A stretch of DNA of 64,000 nt from Phycisphaerae bacterium (lineage in GTDB: Bacteria > Planctomycetota > Phycisphaerae > WQYP01). This document shows positions 1 to 9,612 of this stretch, piece by piece. Made by a program: the position numbers and the translations under genes. The stretch is taken from NCBI GenBank assembly GCA_035504095.1, contig DATJSN010000092.1:68845-132844 (forward strand), given 5' to 3'. How positions within the stretch are numbered: position 1 is the stretch's first letter; each line of letters begins with the position of its first letter. The notes under the pieces are model-generated. The model searched no databases. It worked only from the letters and a program-made list of their open reading frames with translations, and had not been told where the DNA came from.

Positions 1-1035
1 TTATTTTGTTTGCAGGTTCATCGGTCCGGTGATTTGAATATCTACGGTGTTATTCTGCAGATCAGTCGCTTTAAGTCCGGTTGAACCGCCAAGCTCCTGC
101 TTGAGGGCGGAATAAAAATCATCCGGTGCGCCACCATATTGAACGGCCAGTTCGCCATAGGCGGAGGTGCTGGAGCCGGTGATGCCGCGATTAATTACGC
201 CCAATACGCCCGGGACTTTTTGAATGTATTGTTTGATGGTCAGAACATCATCAACTGAAGCGGCATTGTAAATGCGAACAATAATCGGGTTATACGCCGC
301 AACTCCCCCATTCCATACCGCGGCGAGTTTCTGCATGACCTTGTCGGCCAGATAACTGGTGTAAAGGTTGATGTTGGTTTTGCTCATGGGAAGCGGCATA
401 TCGACATAGTCGGCGCCGAGGACGCGCCCGTCGGTGGTGCTGATAATCGAAACCAGCAGGCGCAGGGCTGTTCCAATGGTTGCCTGAGCGGTCGGGGCAG
501 CTTGTACGACGACCACGACGTCGGTCTGCAGACTTTGTTTAAGCAGAGGCAAAACCGTCTGATCGCCGTTTTGCAGACGCAGGAAGCTTTCGCGATCAAG
601 CACTTTCTGGGCCATGGTGGGATCCTGGATGTCCACCTGACCATTGGCGCCCAGGTAATCGATCATGGAAATCTGGATGGCGTCGTAATCCTGCTGCGAT
701 GCGGCGATGGCCGGAGTGTACGGAGAAGTAGTCTGCGGTTGAATGACTTCAATCATGATGCGCGGCGAGTGCTGGGCCTGATAAGCCTGTACATAAGCCG
801 GTTCATCCGGCAACGGCACGTGCTCGCCATAAGGATTCACGCCGACGGAGGGCGAACCCTGGTTTACACCCATCGGATTGTTATAAGCATTTACCGGCAG
901 CGGCTTGGGCTGTACAACCGGCTGATAAGCGGTTTGATCCTGCGGCGGAGGAACGGGGACATTTTGAACGCTTTGACTGCACCCGGCGAGAGTGAACGTA
1001 ATAAGAGAGATGAATAAGACCAAATTCCTGAACAT
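1..1035 (-). CDS. putative lipoprotein of unknown function (signal peptide with lipobox LAGC)
   Basis: Complete 344-aa ORF. N-terminus MFRNLVLFISLITFTLAGCSQ looks like a typical lipoprotein signal; no family recognised. Confidence 0.45.
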   Translation of the reverse strand: MFRNLVLFISLITFTLAGCSQSVQNVPVPPPQDQTAYQPVVQPKPLPVNAYNNPMGVNQGSPSVGVNPYGEHVPLPDEPAYVQAYQAQHSPRIMIEVIQPQTTSPYTPAIAASQQDYDAIQISMIDYLGANGQVDIQDPTMAQKVLDRESFLRLQNGDQTVLPLLKQSLQTDVVVVVQAAPTAQATIGTALRLLVSIISTTDGRVLGADYVDMPLPMSKTNINLYTSYLADKVMQKLAAVWNGGVAAYNPIIVRIYNAASVDDVLTIKQYIQKVPGVLGVINRGITGSSTSAYGELAVQYGGAPDDFYSALKQELGGSTGLKATDLQNNTVDIQITGPMNLQTK

Positions 1036-1099
1036 AATTTATTCCTCCCAATTGCATGGCGGCCACTTCGCATTAATTATATGCAACATAGGTCACAGG

Positions 1100-1127
1100 T
1101 TACAGAGAGAAGGTTACTGGCTAGAAT
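1100..1127 (+). promoter_or_regulatory. candidate sigma70-like promoter (TTACAG-16nt-TAGAAT) directly upstream of lutA, implying a near-leaderless transcript
   Basis: TTACAG at 1100-1105 and TAGAAT at 1122-1127 with a 16-nt spacer; the lutA ATG is at 1134. Confidence 0.25.
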
Positions 1128-1133
1128 ACCCCT

Positions 1134-1889
1134 ATGAAAGTCAGCTTATTTGTCACCTGCCTGACGGATTTATTTTCACCGCAGGTGGGTTTGGCGGTGG
1201 TCAAAACACTGGAACATTTTGGTTGCGAGGTGGATTTCCCCAGTGCTCAAACCTGCTGTGGACAGCCCGCGTTCAACAACGGCTTTCCCGAGCAGAGCAA
1301 GCCGCTGGCGGCGCGGATGATCCAAGTTTTTCAGGACGCGAATTACGTGGTTACGCCATCGGGTTCCTGCTGCGCGATGATCCGCGATCATTACATTGAG
1401 CTATTTAAAGGCGATTCAGCCATGGAACACAAGGCGACGGAATTTGTCGCCAAGTGTTATGAATTCGTGGAATTTTTGACCAAAATTCTCAAGGTGGATT
1501 TGAACAAGCTTAAGCTCAAAGAAAAAACAACGTTTACCTACCATTATACGTGCCACTTGCGCGGGCTGGGCGCCACCGGCGATCCGGCAATCCGGCTGCT
1601 TAAACAAATCGGCAACGCTGGTTTTGCTCCGCTGGAAAAATCAGAACAATGCTGCGGCTTCGGAGGCACGTTCGCCGTCAAATACCACGACATCAGCGGC
1701 GCCATGGTCCGAGACAAGGTGGATTGCGGGAAAAAAAGCGGCGCCGGCGTCATGATCGTCAACGACACCGGGTGCGCGATGAACATCGGCGGAGCAGGCC
1801 ATCGTTATGCAGCGCCGTTTAAGGTTCGGCACATCGCCGAGGTTATCGCCGAGGCCATTGAAAACAGCCGGGAAGGCGCGAGGAAATGA
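1134..1889 (+). CDS. lutA: lactate utilization protein A (LutA/YkgE, CCG-domain Fe-S oxidoreductase)
   Basis: N-terminus MKVSLFVTCLTDLFSPQVG...TCCGQP and duplicated CCG cysteine motifs. Start overlaps/abuts lutB. Confidence 0.85.
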   Translation: MKVSLFVTCLTDLFSPQVGLAVVKTLEHFGCEVDFPSAQTCCGQPAFNNGFPEQSKPLAARMIQVFQDANYVVTPSGSCCAMIRDHYIELFKGDSAMEHKATEFVAKCYEFVEFLTKILKVDLNKLKLKEKTTFTYHYTCHLRGLGATGDPAIRLLKQIGNAGFAPLEKSEQCCGFGGTFAVKYHDISGAMVRDKVDCGKKSGAGVMIVNDTGCAMNIGGAGHRYAAPFKVRHIAEVIAEAIENSREGARK

Positions 1890-3388
1890 GTCGCCCCGAA
1901 GCCAAAGCATATTCGAAAGCATTCCGGATGCCGCTGCCGGTATTTCATCCGGATTTTCTCAACGAAGCCGCCGCGGCCTCTAAGGATAAAGCCCTGCACG
2001 CGGCTCTGGACAACTCGGTGACCAAAAAAGATTACGGACGCCGGGCAACAATGGCAGAACTGCCCGACCCGGAAGGCCTGCGGGAACTTGCCGGCCGGAT
2101 CAAACGCTTCACACTGGACCACCTGGATTATTACCTGGAGATGCTGGAGCGCAACGTGATCGCCAACGGCGGCAAGGTGCATTTCGCAGCCGACAACGCT
2201 GAAGCTAATAAACTGGTCGTGCAGATCGCGCGCTTTTCCAGCAGCAAGCTGGCAGTCAAAAGCAAAAGCATGGTCAGCGAGGAAACCGAGCTCAATCAAG
2301 CCCTGACCAGCCAGGGAATTGAAGTGGTGGAAACGGATCTGGGGGAATTTATTCTTCAGGTGGACAACGACCACCCCACACACATCGTGATGCCGGTGAT
2401 TCATAAAACCGCTCCAGACATCGGCAAGGTATTCGCCAAATTTTTCAAAACGCCTTTCACGAACGACCCGCAGGAACTCGCGGAAATGGCCCGCGTTTAT
2501 CTGAGGGATAAATTCCAAAAAGCAGACATGGGAATCAGCGGCGTTAACTTCGCCGTGGCGGAAACCGGCTCGATCGTCATCTGCACCAATGAAGGCAACG
2601 GGCGCATGTGCACATCGCGGCCAAAGGTGCATGTGGCCATCATGGGCATGGAAAAATTGATTCCCTCGCTCGACGATTTACCGGTGTTTCTAAAGCTTTT
2701 AGCGCGCTCCGCTTCCGGCCAGTCGCTCACCCAATACACCAGCATCATCACCGGTCCGCGGCGCGAGGGCGAATTCGACGGGCCGAGTCAATTTCACCTG
2801 ATCGTCATGGACAATGGCCGCTCAAAAATCCTCGCCGGCGAATATCGCGACACACTGCGCTGCATTCGCTGCGGTGCATGCCTGAACGCGTGTCCGATTT
2901 ACCGTAAAGTGGGCGGCCGCACGTATGGCAGCGTTTATCCGGGGCCGATTGGCGCTCTGCTGACGCCTCTGTTTAACGGCATGGAAAATCATAAGCATCT
3001 GCCCAATGCCACAAGCCTGTGCGGTGCGTGCTTTGAGGCCTGCCCGGTGAAAATCAACATCCCGGAAATGCTTATCCAGATGAAAGCGGATCAGAACAAG
3101 CTGGGCATCACGCCGCGGAGCCAGAAGCAGCTTTTTAAATTCTGGTCATGGGGTCTAAAGCATTCGTGGAGTTATGCTCTGGGCCAGAAGCTGCAAAAAT
3201 TCATGATGCGGCGGCTGGCGAATAAAGACGGCTGGATTAAAAAGCTGCCCGGACCGGCAAGCGGCTGGACGATGGAACGCGACTTTCCCGCGCCGCCGAA
3301 GGAAAATTTCCGCAAGTTGTGGAGTAAACACCGCCGGGAACAAAGAACACTAAAGAAAAACAAACCTCCGCCGGAGGCCCGGAAATGA
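1886..3388 (+). CDS. lutB: lactate utilization protein B (LutB/YkgF, 4Fe-4S ferredoxin-type)
   Basis: CIRCGACLNACPIY and CGACFEACP ferredoxin motifs plus a LUD domain; 4-bp overlap with lutA. Confidence 0.85.
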   Translation: MSRPEAKAYSKAFRMPLPVFHPDFLNEAAAASKDKALHAALDNSVTKKDYGRRATMAELPDPEGLRELAGRIKRFTLDHLDYYLEMLERNVIANGGKVHFAADNAEANKLVVQIARFSSSKLAVKSKSMVSEETELNQALTSQGIEVVETDLGEFILQVDNDHPTHIVMPVIHKTAPDIGKVFAKFFKTPFTNDPQELAEMARVYLRDKFQKADMGISGVNFAVAETGSIVICTNEGNGRMCTSRPKVHVAIMGMEKLIPSLDDLPVFLKLLARSASGQSLTQYTSIITGPRREGEFDGPSQFHLIVMDNGRSKILAGEYRDTLRCIRCGACLNACPIYRKVGGRTYGSVYPGPIGALLTPLFNGMENHKHLPNATSLCGACFEACPVKINIPEMLIQMKADQNKLGITPRSQKQLFKFWSWGLKHSWSYALGQKLQKFMMRRLANKDGWIKKLPGPASGWTMERDFPAPPKENFRKLWSKHRREQRTLKKNKPPPEARK

Positions 3389-4107
3389 CCTTTGATCCCA
3401 GAGCATCCGCCCTGGCGCCAGGCACAAATCCCAAACGCGACGAGTTTCTCGCCATTGTACGCCATGCGCTGGGGCATTCCGCGGTCGGCAAGCTCGCAGA
3501 ACCAACTGGACGCCCCCCGCGGCATGAAAAGTTGATCCGCCAGATCCAGGCGAACGATCCCGGCCGCGTGGATCGCTGGATTGAATTGGCCGGAAAAAAC
3601 GGCGTAAATGTCAAACGCGCCAGGACCGCAGCGGGCTTACAGGCGGCCATCGACGAATGTCTGAGCGCCCATCAGGTTCAATCAGTATTATTGAACATGG
3701 CTGATTTACCGGAAGAAAGTTTCGCGGCACATCTTACCAAAAAGGGGCTCAAGATTTATCACTGGGCGAAGGAAGGTTGTGCTGAAGCGGCGTTTAATTG
3801 CGATGCGGCGGTAACCGACTGCCGTTATGGACTTGCGGACACCGGCGCCTTTATGGTGTGGAGCGACACGGGATTCGGCCGGTCTTCCACCCTTACGGTT
3901 CCAGTGCACGTGGTCCTTTTACCCGTGGGACGCATCGTCGCCGATATGGTTGATGCGCTGCCGCATGTTTTGCGCGATACCGGCGGACGGATGCCTTCAA
4001 ATGTCGTCATCATCAACGGGCCGAGCAAAACCGCGGACATCGAAATGAAATTGGTGACAGGCGTGCATGGTCCAAAATTTTTGTATGCCGTTATTATTGA
4101 TGATTAA
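3385..4107 (+). CDS. lutC: lactate utilization protein C (LutC/YkgG, LUD domain)
   Basis: Third gene of the overlapping lutABC operon; size and position are typical. Confidence 0.75.
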   Translation: MTFDPRASALAPGTNPKRDEFLAIVRHALGHSAVGKLAEPTGRPPRHEKLIRQIQANDPGRVDRWIELAGKNGVNVKRARTAAGLQAAIDECLSAHQVQSVLLNMADLPEESFAAHLTKKGLKIYHWAKEGCAEAAFNCDAAVTDCRYGLADTGAFMVWSDTGFGRSSTLTVPVHVVLLPVGRIVADMVDALPHVLRDTGGRMPSNVVIINGPSKTADIEMKLVTGVHGPKFLYAVIIDD

Positions 4108-4542
4108 TCAGAGCGCATTGGGGCCAAGCGCAATATTCTCAAGCTGCCAGGCATTGCCATTGCGGGCAAAAGTAAGTGTTTGCCGGGCCGTCGCGCCGGC
4201 ATAGGAAGCAAATACATCGGCAATCAGCTTATTGCTGGATGGATTTTTACAATCGATGCGAATTTGACCGCCGTTGTCAGAGAGTTGCGGCGGCAGATTC
4301 AAAGACCATTGACCCTCAGCGGTTTTGCCGCTTAAAAGCCGATTTTCCAGGGCTGTTCCGCCGGAGAGCAGCATCGCCTGAAGTTGCCCGCGATTCTGAA
4401 TGATTCGCGGCAAGCGGAGTTCATAACTAAACGCCGCGGCCAACAAAGCCAGGCACATTCCAAGCAGAACCACCGCGAACAAAGCGGTAATCAGAGCAAC
4501 ACCGCGACGCCGTGAAAATGAATTGGCGACCAGAGCGTTCAT
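4108..4542 (-). CDS. minor pseudopilin-like protein (prepilin-type N-terminal hydrophobic segment)
   Basis: ALITALFAVVLLGMCLALLAAAF transmembrane segment; sits in an operon with GspE/F-like genes. Confidence 0.45.
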   Translation of the reverse strand: MNALVANSFSRRRGVALITALFAVVLLGMCLALLAAAFSYELRLPRIIQNRGQLQAMLLSGGTALENRLLSGKTAEGQWSLNLPPQLSDNGGQIRIDCKNPSSNKLIADVFASYAGATARQTLTFARNGNAWQLENIALGPNAL

Positions 4543-5153
4543 TTGCCTGAAGCCTCCTCCAGCGAACGATAAAATTTAAACGTCTCGGGCAATTCAACGA
4601 CATTGTCGTGCCCGTCAACTTTATCGTGTACATGGACGATCAACCCGGAAACAGCGAAGCGCATTTCCGCCCCGATGCGCGGCCAGGTCGTGGTAAGATC
4701 AGGCCGAGGGACGATTTGTAAATGATTACCGATGATGGAAACAACCGTGCGGGTTACATCGCCGTTGGAATTGATCACCCATTGAATCAGATCGGCGTCC
4801 GGGCCGTTATCGCAAACCAGCCTATTGTCACTAATCAGACAATCATGAGCCGTCCAGACGTCCTGCCCGAGTTGTGAATACAGACTGTTGGTAAGAGCCA
4901 GGTTGTTTTCGCGGATACTGATGTCCCCCATGGTCTTGACGCTGAACAGGAACATTTGGCCGGCAATCAGCAGGAACACGCCCAGGAGCGCCATCCAGAC
5001 CAAGACTTCGCCTATTGTAAATGAGCCAGACGAGCGGGAGATGGTTCTCTTGCGCTGCACTATTGACCTCCGGCGGACTTTGAAGGCACGGGGGCTAAGA
5101 CAAAAACCGGGACGTTCATAGACGCTTGAGTCTTGGGAGAAATAGAAATCCAT
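4539..5153 (-). CDS. pseudopilin-like protein (GspJ/minor pilin-like)
   Basis: FTIGEVLVWMALLGVFLLIAG N-terminal hydrophobic helix; translationally coupled to its neighbours. Confidence 0.4.
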   Translation of the reverse strand: MDFYFSQDSSVYERPGFCLSPRAFKVRRRSIVQRKRTISRSSGSFTIGEVLVWMALLGVFLLIAGQMFLFSVKTMGDISIRENNLALTNSLYSQLGQDVWTAHDCLISDNRLVCDNGPDADLIQWVINSNGDVTRTVVSIIGNHLQIVPRPDLTTTWPRIGAEMRFAVSGLIVHVHDKVDGHDNVVELPETFKFYRSLEEASGK

Positions 5154-5407
5154 TGATAGCCAGTCGGGGTCTGGTTAAGACGAATCGTCTGGACTCTCAG
5201 GCCTGCCGATTCCGCCGACGGCTTGCCATTGATCAGCATCTGCCAGGCGGCGTTCTGCTGCAGTCTCAAACCATTGCGTAATTGCAGGAGTTTTTGCTCG
5301 CCGATTCTGGATTGGGAAAATACGGCAGCGGCCAGACTGATGGCGACGAGCAGAATGGCAAAGCCGATGACCAGTTCCATCAGAAAAAATCCACGTCGCA
5401 ATCGCAT
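5060..5407 (-). CDS. prepilin-type N-terminal cleavage/methylation domain protein (GspG/H-like pseudopilin)
   Basis: RRGFFLMELVIGFAILLVAISLAA matches the G-F-x-x-x-E prepilin motif. Confidence 0.6.
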   Translation of the reverse strand: MRLRRGFFLMELVIGFAILLVAISLAAAVFSQSRIGEQKLLQLRNGLRLQQNAAWQMLINGKPSAESAGLRVQTIRLNQTPTGYQWISISPKTQASMNVPVFVLAPVPSKSAGGQ

Positions 5408-6675
5408 TATCTCAGTCCCCCAGATTCCATTACATTCATCAATGTAGCATAGGGGAGATACATGAGAAGCATCGTGATTAATACGATGAAGCCCAGAAAA
5501 ATCACTGCTGTGGGAATTAGTGCTCCGCGTACCAGCGACGCGGCTTGTTCATAGCGTCGTTGATAGATCGCATGAATAAACCCAAGCGAGCCGGCAAACG
5601 TGGATCCCGTGGCTTCATCCAGATTGCTGCACAAAAGTCGTGGGAGACCGACGGTCAGTGCTGCGGCTTTAGGCGATTGTCCTTTCTCCATTCTCTTTTT
5701 CCAGCGCAGCAGTCGCCAGCGGGCGATGCTGTTAATTCCGGAATTAGCGGCGGATTCGACTGCAGAAGTAAGTTCGCCGCCAGCGAGTGCATACTCATGC
5801 AGGATGGCTGTAACATTCGCCCAGGTGCGCCATCGGACAATGGCGCAAAAAAACGGCGTGTACCAGGCCAGCAGATCGCCTAAAGTCACAAATCTGCGCA
5901 CACGTTTATAAACGGGAAAAAAGATGCGGGTCAGCAATATAACCATAGCGCAGAGCAAAATAAAAAAAAGAACGATAGGAATGAAAGGCAGAGCGGGTTC
6001 AAAATAGTTTTGGATTTTGGTATAAAAACTCCAAAATATTATGTCCATTTCAGGTAAGGGTAAATGATATTGAACGTATACACGCAATGAATGCGCAATA
6101 AAAAAACTGGGAATTAAAATGATTGCCGTGACAAGAAATAACAGATAAACCCCATAACTCACGTTCAATTCATTGGAAAAGTCCCAGGTCGATTTTGCGG
6201 CGAGCATCCGTTTAAGTGCGGATAAAAGATTTCCCGATTCTTCGGCGGCGGCTATAGCGGCTGCGTCGCTGGCGCGAACTTCGGGAACCGCCAATGGCAG
6301 GGCCTGACCCAGCGTCTTTCCCTGCTGCAGCATTTCTGAAAGAACTGTTAACCTCCTACCCAAGGCCCCACGTTCCGTGTTGCCCGCGGCCGCGAGTGAA
6401 CTCGCCAGCGGATGACCCAGGCGCACCGTGCGATAAAGATAATCGAGAATCAAATCAGCTCTGCGACGCAAACAGAAATAACGAGCGAAAAAAATGACCG
6501 GTAAAACAGCAACAGCGATCTGAATGAATGGGATGAGAAGTAATGTTATAACCACGTACAACAAAGCCATAATCGTAAACTTGAAGCTTTTAGTAGTGCG
6601 CTGTGGATGCACCATGGATTTGCCAAACCTCTTGATTCTTAATTGTTTGAACCACTCAACCAAGATAATCTCCAA
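5407..6675 (-). CDS. type II secretion system F-family platform protein (GspF/PilC paralog)
   Basis: Polytopic membrane protein with a GspF-like cytoplasmic segment (...AAEESGNLLSALKRML...). Confidence 0.55.
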   Translation of the reverse strand: MEIILVEWFKQLRIKRFGKSMVHPQRTTKSFKFTIMALLYVVITLLLIPFIQIAVAVLPVIFFARYFCLRRRADLILDYLYRTVRLGHPLASSLAAAGNTERGALGRRLTVLSEMLQQGKTLGQALPLAVPEVRASDAAAIAAAEESGNLLSALKRMLAAKSTWDFSNELNVSYGVYLLFLVTAIILIPSFFIAHSLRVYVQYHLPLPEMDIIFWSFYTKIQNYFEPALPFIPIVLFFILLCAMVILLTRIFFPVYKRVRRFVTLGDLLAWYTPFFCAIVRWRTWANVTAILHEYALAGGELTSAVESAANSGINSIARWRLLRWKKRMEKGQSPKAAALTVGLPRLLCSNLDEATGSTFAGSLGFIHAIYQRRYEQAASLVRGALIPTAVIFLGFIVLITMLLMYLPYATLMNVMESGGLR

Positions 6676-6681
6676 CTAGAA

Positions 6682-7938
6682 TTAATTAAGAGAACCAATG
6701 GCTTGCAGTATGCGCGTCAAGGGCAGGACCATGGCATAGATGACAAAAAAAATCGCCCCGCCGAAGACTATTAGAAAAACCGGAGACAGAACCGCAGGAA
6801 TCATCGCCGCCCGGCTGCCAGATGCACGGCCGAAACTTTCCGAGAGGATATCCAGCGAATCGGAAAGATTGTTGGCTTGAATCGCACTTTGTAGTGTCGC
6901 GGTTACCGTGGCGGGGATGATGCGCCCGCGCGGCGTCTGATCCAGATTAGCGCCGCGGGTGATCGCCGCGCTGATTTGCCGCCCATCATTGATCGCTGCC
7001 GGGGAGCCGGTGATTGCACCCGCGAGCTGGATGGCATCGGGAAGATCTAATCCAGCTCCAACGGCGATCTTCAGACCGTCGCACCAGCGGGCGATGATGG
7101 CATTACGCAAAGCAGGGCCCAGGAATGGAACGTGTAAAGCCGTCCAATCGCGCAGATGAAGCATGATCCGCCGGTTGCGGCAGGCAATCCAAAATAAAAA
7201 TATTAAAGCCAGAATGATGACGATGGCTGTCAGAATTTGGGGCGCAAGATATCCCGCTTCCCAAATTATTCGTGTGGGCAGGGGAAGAAGCGGAACTTCC
7301 TGCCATGAATTATCTGAATAAACAAACCACTTGGATGCCTTTAATAGCAAAATCATTTGCTGATAGCGCGGAAAAACCACCAGACCCAGAAAACCCAAAA
7401 CCAAAATCGCTCCTAGGAAAACAAAGAATGGATAGGTCAGGGCGCGAAGCAGCGCATCTGAAATTTTTTGTTTTAAATACAGATGTTCACTCAGGTTCAT
7501 TAACACATCGGATAGATTGCCGGACTTGATGCCCGCATCGACAAGCAGGGCATAATCGGCGGGGAATTTGCCGCGATGTTTTTCCAGCGCCTGCGGCAGC
7601 GTGGCGCCAGCGTCGAGTTCCTGGCTGAGCTGCTTAATTGCCGACGCGAGGCGGCCGCGGTGCATGTCCGCTACGAGCAATTTCAATCCGTCTTCAATCG
7701 GCAGGCCGGCTTTTACCAATAGCGCAAGTTGCTGATTGAACGATTTAAAGTCCGCGGGGCCAAGTGGTTTGGAACGTACCGCCGCACCTGAAGGCCAGAT
7801 GCCCAGAACCTTGAGTTTTAGAGATTCAAGCAACGCCGTTGCGGCATTCATGTCGACGGCGTTGAGTGTACCAGCAAACTCGCGGCCGGAATCCAATTGA
7901 GCGCGATACCCAAAGCTTCGTTCTGACGGTCCCGACAT
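6682..7938 (-). CDS. type II secretion system F-family platform protein (GspF/PilC)
   Basis: GspF-type N-terminus (YRAQLDSGREFAGTLNA...ALLESLKLKV) with two GspF repeats and TM helices. Confidence 0.7.
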   Translation of the reverse strand: MSGPSERSFGYRAQLDSGREFAGTLNAVDMNAATALLESLKLKVLGIWPSGAAVRSKPLGPADFKSFNQQLALLVKAGLPIEDGLKLLVADMHRGRLASAIKQLSQELDAGATLPQALEKHRGKFPADYALLVDAGIKSGNLSDVLMNLSEHLYLKQKISDALLRALTYPFFVFLGAILVLGFLGLVVFPRYQQMILLLKASKWFVYSDNSWQEVPLLPLPTRIIWEAGYLAPQILTAIVIILALIFLFWIACRNRRIMLHLRDWTALHVPFLGPALRNAIIARWCDGLKIAVGAGLDLPDAIQLAGAITGSPAAINDGRQISAAITRGANLDQTPRGRIIPATVTATLQSAIQANNLSDSLDILSESFGRASGSRAAMIPAVLSPVFLIVFGGAIFFVIYAMVLPLTRILQAIGSLN

Positions 7939-8100
7939 GTTTACTCCGCCCGCAAAGACAAAGCTGCTTATCTTTTCGGACCTGAAAGGTCCTATATTGA
8001 CTGTGCTAACATTGTATCGTCGAGGGAAATAGATAAATATGAAAAAATTAAGATTTTTTGGTGGGATTTGGGCGGGGATTCGTTAAACCGAATTTTCTCC

Positions 8101-9207
8101 TTACTCCGCACCTAAGACGCGCTGTACTTCCGCCTGATCGGTATAACCGCGCGCCACCAGTTGGGCGGCGTAATCTTTAAGGGAAAAATAGCCCGGTGAG
8201 CTCTGAATTGCCCCTTCGAGCTTGGTCGTGGTGCTAACATCGTCCACCAAGGCCTGTTTGATGCCATCATTCATCCGGACAAATTGCGCCACCGGCATTC
8301 GGCCACTGTATTTGCCGTTAACGGTTCGGCGCACCAGCCGCTGAATCAGCAAGCCATATATGCTGCTGATGATCTGGTAACGCTGAATACCCATTTCCAA
8401 TAAACGGGTGAAGGCAGCCAATGGCGAGCCGGCGTGCATGGTGCATAAAAGTCGATGGCCGGTTAGCGCCGCCTGAATGGTAATTGACGCGGTCTCGGCG
8501 TCGCGCACTTCGCCGACGAAGAGGACCTGAGGGTCTTGCCGCATCATGCTGCGCAGCGCCTTGTGATAATCCATTTGACCCTGGGGTTTAATTTCGATCT
8601 GGGTGACGCCTTTGAGGGTGCGTTCGATAGGATCTTCAAGGGAAACGATACTCAAACCGGGCTGGGTGCGGGCCATGTGTTCGAGCAAAGTGTAAATCAC
8701 GGTGGTTTTACCCGAGCCGGCCGGTCCGACCACGGCCAGCAGGCCGTTATCGGCATGGGCAAAACTTTCAAGAAAATTAACGACGCTCGGCGGCAACATC
8801 AGATCGGAAAGTTTTTGCGGCTGGTACAGATCGGCGGGCATGCGCACCACGGCGCGGAGGCCATGAACCGTGGGCATCACCGCCAGGCGCAACTCAAGTT
8901 TGCGGGATTCTTCAAGTTTGAACGTGATGCGTCCTTCCTGGGGAATATCCTTGCGGTAGGTCACGAGTTTTCCCATGACCATCATGCAGTTCACCATGGC
9001 TTCGCCGAGTTCGGAGTTAATCGAATCGAGCGTGTAAAGCATGCCATCGATGCGCAGCCTGATCTGATATCCCGTGGGAATTGGTTCAATGTGAAAATCC
9101 GAGGCCCGCGAGTTCATGGCGCGGGCAATAAGAGAATCCACGTAAGGGCGGGCATCGGGCGGTGATGTATCACGCGTCGCCAAAATAGTCTCCACTAGCG
9201 ATGACAT
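8101..9207 (-). CDS. GspE/PilB-family type II/IV secretion ATPase
   Basis: Walker A VVGPAGSGKTT, Asp box and His box (LLCTMHAG). Confidence 0.8.
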   Translation of the reverse strand: MSSLVETILATRDTSPPDARPYVDSLIARAMNSRASDFHIEPIPTGYQIRLRIDGMLYTLDSINSELGEAMVNCMMVMGKLVTYRKDIPQEGRITFKLEESRKLELRLAVMPTVHGLRAVVRMPADLYQPQKLSDLMLPPSVVNFLESFAHADNGLLAVVGPAGSGKTTVIYTLLEHMARTQPGLSIVSLEDPIERTLKGVTQIEIKPQGQMDYHKALRSMMRQDPQVLFVGEVRDAETASITIQAALTGHRLLCTMHAGSPLAAFTRLLEMGIQRYQIISSIYGLLIQRLVRRTVNGKYSGRMPVAQFVRMNDGIKQALVDDVSTTTKLEGAIQSSPGYFSLKDYAAQLVARGYTDQAEVQRVLGAE

Positions 9208-9357
9208 CTATTACTTCGCGTTGATTTTACCGTACGCCGGACTATGCAGGCAATTAGCGGCTTGGCGCGACGAACTGTATTGCATGCAGAGGACGTATCA
9301 ATCAGGTGATCGAGTGAGCAAATTGGGATTCCTTGTGATAAACTTACAAAACCAACC

Positions 9358-9431
9358 GCGCCCGTAGCGCAATTGGATAGAGCGCGTGGCTTCGAACCAC
9401 GAGGTTGCAGGTTCGAGTCCTGCCGGGCGCA
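9358..9431 (+). tRNA. tRNA-Arg (anticodon TCG)
   Basis: Acceptor stem GCGCCCG/CGGGCGC, anticodon arm CGTGG-CTTCGAA-CCACG, T-arm GCAGG-TTCGAGT-CCTGC, discriminator A. Confidence 0.8.
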
Positions 9432-9612
9432 GTTCGGCCGAAGGCCGAACTAGAGCAGGAGAGGGTTGAGCAGTCGATCAGGAGAGCAAATTAAGGAAAT
9501 GGATAAATGAGGCCGCCGCAGATCGACAAATGAATTCTCTTCTGCGGTCACCTGTTCTACAGTTCTAAACCTCGGCCGAAGGCCGGAACGAAACGGGGAA
9601 GCAGAGTCTAAG

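Noticed and set aside
502-1017. 171-aa plus-strand ORF inside the lipoprotein gene
   Set aside because: It lies fully antisense to a longer, better-supported ORF; this is typical shadow-ORF behaviour in GC-rich DNA.
1805-2632. 275-aa minus-strand ORF overlapping lutB
   Set aside because: It is antisense to lutB, whose identity is clear; it has no recognisable features.
8536-9165. 209-aa His-rich ORF antisense to the GspE ATPase gene
   Set aside because: It is the shadow of a gene with clear Walker motifs on the opposite strand.
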